Source: Bugula neritina
Lineage: Eukaryota; Animalia; Bryozoa
Assembly (NCBI GenBank): GCA_964035545.1
Contig: CAXIUT010000230.1
Coordinates: 1,364,001-1,428,000 of the forward strand
Length of the DNA: 64,000 nucleotides
Direction: 5' to 3'
A program made the translations under genes and the position numbers. How positions within the stretch are numbered: the first letter of the stretch is position 1; each line of letters begins with the position of its first letter. Below, one piece after another: positions 60,501 through 64,000 of this stretch. Below the pieces are notes generated by a model. The model worked only from the letters and a program-made list of their open reading frames with translations, ran no database searches and was not told the DNA's origin.

Positions 60501-63500
60501 TACACTTGAACGTAATGAAATACACTGCAACCCATTGATATATACTGCAACATTTCGAAATGAATGGTAAACTACTGAAATAGAGTGTAACATAATGAAA
60601 CATACCGGAACATACTGCAACATAATAAAATATAGTGTAACACACTGAAATAAGCGGCAACATAGCGAAATACATTGCAACACATTAAAATATACTGCAA
60701 CATACTGAAACATACTGCAACAAACTGAAATACACTGCAACATAATGAAAAACACTATAACATATTGAAATATACTGCAACATACTGAATTACTCTCTAA
60801 CATACTGAATTACTCTCCAACATACTGAAATATGCTGTAGCATACTGAAGTATACTGCAATATACTGAAATGTACTGCAACATTCTGAATTATACTGCAA
60901 CATACTGCAACATACTGAAATACACTGTAACATAAAGAAATATGCTGTAGCACACTGAAATACACTGCAACACACTGAAGTATACTATAATATACTGAAA
61001 TGTACTGCAACATACCGAAATAATATACTGCAACGCATTGAATTACACTGTGACATATTGAAATATACCACAACATACTGAAATGTTGTGTAATATGCAA
61101 AAAGGTACTGTAACATACTGAAATATACTGTAACACACTGAAATATAGTCTAACATACCGAAATACACTGTAACATACTGAAATATACTGCAACATACTG
61201 CAACATACTGAATTACACTTAAACATAATGAAATACACTGCAACACATTGAAATATACTGCAACATATCGAAATGAATGGTAAACTAGTGAATTATACTG
61301 TAACATAATGAAACATACCGGAACATACTGCAAAATAACAAAACATATTGCAACACATTGAAATATACGGCAACATACCGAGATATACTGCGACACGTTG
61401 AAAAATACCGCAACATACTGAAATATATTGCAAGTGGTGCAACATACTGAAATAAACTGTGACGCACTGAAATACACTGCAACATACTGCAACATACTGA
61501 AATATACTGCAACACATTAAAATATACTGCAACATACTGCAACATACTGCAACATACTGAAATACACTGAAATATATCGAAATACACTGCAACATACTGC
61601 AACATACTGCAACATACTGAAATACACTGGAACATAATAAAATACACTGCAACACATTGAAACATAAGGTAACACAATGAAGTATACTGCGACACATTAA
61701 ATTAAACTGCAACACACTGAAATATACTGCAACAGACTGAAATATACTCTAACATACCGAAATACACTGTAACATACTCAAATATACTGCAACATACTGC
61801 AACATACTAAAGTACACTTGAAAGTAATGAAATACACTGCAACCCATTGATATATACTGCAACATTTCGAAATGAATGGTAAACTAGTGAAATAGAGTGT
61901 AACATAATGAAACATACCGGAACATACTGCAACATAATAAAATATAGTGTAACACACCGAAACATGCGTCAACATACCGAAATATACTGCAACACCTTGA
62001 AAAATACTGCAACATACTTAAACATACGGCAACATACTGAAATATACTGCAACATACTGAAATACACTCTAACATATTGAAATATGCTGTAGCATACTGA
62101 AATACACTGCCACACACTGAAGTATACTGTAATATACAGAAATGTACTGTAACATACTGAAACATACGGCAACATACTGAAATGTACTGCAACATACTGA
62201 AATATACTCTAAGTGGTGCAACATACTGAAATACACTGTGACACACTGAAATACACTGCAACACACTTCAACATACTGCAACATACTGAAATACACTGTA
62301 ACATATTGAAATACACTGCAACATACTGCAACATACTGAACAACACTGGAACATATTGGAATACACTGCAACACCTTGAAATATACTGCAACACACTGAA
62401 ACATACGGCAACATACTGAAATACACTGCAAAATACTGCAACATACTAAAATACACTGTAACATACTGAAATACATTGCAACACATTAAAATATACTGCA
62501 ACATACTGAAACATACTGCAACAAACTGAAATACACTGCAACATAGTGAAAACCACCAGAACATTTTGAAATATACTACAACATACTGAATTACTCTCTA
62601 ACATACTGAAATATGCTGTAGCATACTGAAATACACTGCAACATACTGAAGTATACTGCAATATACTGAAATGTACTGCAACATACTGAATTATACTGTA
62701 ACATACTGAAATGTAATGCAACATACTGATATATACTGCAACATACTGCAACATACTGAAATACACAGTTACATATTGAAATACACTGCGACACATAGAA
62801 ATATACTGCAACATACTGAAATATACTGCAATATACTGCAACATACTGAAATAGACTGTGACATACTGAAATACACTGCACAATACTGCAAGAAACTGCA
62901 ACATACTGAAATACACTGTAACATATTCAAATACACTGCATCATACTGCAACATACTCACATACACTGGAACATATTCATATACACTGCAACACATTGAA
63001 ATATACTGCAACACACGGAACCATTCGGCAACATACCGAAATACACTGCGACACAGTGAAAAATACGGCAACATACTGAAATATACTGCAAATGATGCAC
63101 GTACTGAAATACAATGTGACACACTGAAATACACTGCAACATACTGCAACATACTGAAATACACTGTAACATATTGAAATACACTGCATGATACTGCAAC
63201 ATACTGAAATACACTGGAACATATTGATATACACTGCAACACATTGAAATCTTCTGTAACATATTGAAACATACCGGAACATACTGCAACGTAATAAAAT
63301 ATAGTGTAACACACTGAAATATACGGCAACATACCGAAATATACTGCGACTCGTTGAAAAATACTGCAACATACTGAAATATACTGCAAGTGGTGCAACA
63401 TACTGAAATACACTGTGACACTCTGAAATACACTGCAACATAATGCAACATACTGTACCATACTGAAAGACACTGTAACATATCGAATTGCACTGCAACA

Positions 63501-64000
63501 TACTGCAACATACTGAAATATACTGCAACATACTGCAACATACTGAAATACACTGCAACATACTGAATTACATTGCAACACATTAAAATATACTGCAACA
63601 TACTGAAACATACTGCAACATACTGAAATATACTGCAACATACTGAAATACACTATAACATATTGAAATATACTGCAACATACTGAATTACACTCTAACA
63701 TACTGAAATATGCTATAGCATACTGAAATACACTGCAACACACTGAAGTATACTGTAATACACTGAAATGTAATGCAACATACTGAATTATACTGCAACA
63801 TAGTGCAACATAGTGAAATACACCACAACATACTGCAACATACTGAAATACACTGGAACATTTTGAAATACACTGCGACACATTGAAATACACTGCAACA
63901 TACTGAATTATACTGCAAGATACTGCAACATACTGAATCAGACTGTGACATACTGAAGTACACTGCAACATACTGCAAGATACTGCAACATAATGAAATA
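57564..64000. repeat. 10-bp satellite array (continued, open at the right edge)
   Basis: Same decamer periodicity. Confidence 0.97.

Larger units (their letters stand above)
47182..64000. repeat. Tandem segmental duplication, unit 9552 bp (47182-56733); the second copy starts at 56734 and runs off the window; each copy includes a MITE
   Basis: ORF pairs at offset 9552 (47949/57501, 49936/59488) and 9555 (51488/61043, 53161/62716). The window end matches position 54445. Confidence 0.93.

Noticed and set aside
197-63978. Hundreds of minus-strand ORFs up to 441 aa (MLQYVAVCCS / FQYVAVYFSM repeats) and a few plus-strand YCNILQHTEI ORFs
   Set aside because: Three decamers translate to a 10-aa repeat, and the minus-strand consensus lacks stop codons. 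All three frames therefore give the same overlapping peptides. This is an artefact of the satellite, with no frame preference.
1-64000. CRISPR array or telomeric repeat
   Set aside because: There is no constant repeat with unique spacers and no cas genes. The repeat is a degenerate decamer without G-tract telomere character.

Overview
Eukaryotic heterochromatin-type window with no credible protein-coding gene. About 56 kb is one 10-bp satellite family with two main monomer classes, CATACTGAAA and TAC/TACTGCAA, which mostly alternate, plus runs of ACTGCAACAT. It is organised into nested, near-identical higher-order duplications with periods of about 8857/8927, 4598, 1119, 2989/2999, 3510/3489 and 9552/9555 bp. 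The array is interrupted by one family of cut-and-paste DNA transposons with CACAG-starting terminal inverted repeats (TIRs) and 2-bp target-site duplications (TSDs), which fits the CACTA/EnSpm (CMC) superfamily. There are four 756-bp MITE copies (34248-35003, 43930-44685, 47256-48011, 56808-57563) and one 5648-bp non-autonomous relative (39137-44784). The large element carries a degenerate tRNA-like Pol III unit and has one of the MITEs nested in its homologous right end. The most interesting signals are: (i) all three independent insertions into the satellite hit AATACACTGCAACA within 1 bp; (ii) a subterminal motif pair is spaced exactly 180 bp apart in both lineages and co-varies between them; (iii) the tRNA-like cargo; (iv) a MITE copied passively by a 9.55-kb satellite duplication. 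The hundreds of Cys/Tyr/Val-rich minus-strand ORFs are translation artefacts of the decamer. Coordinates were read by eye, so duplication boundaries are approximate.
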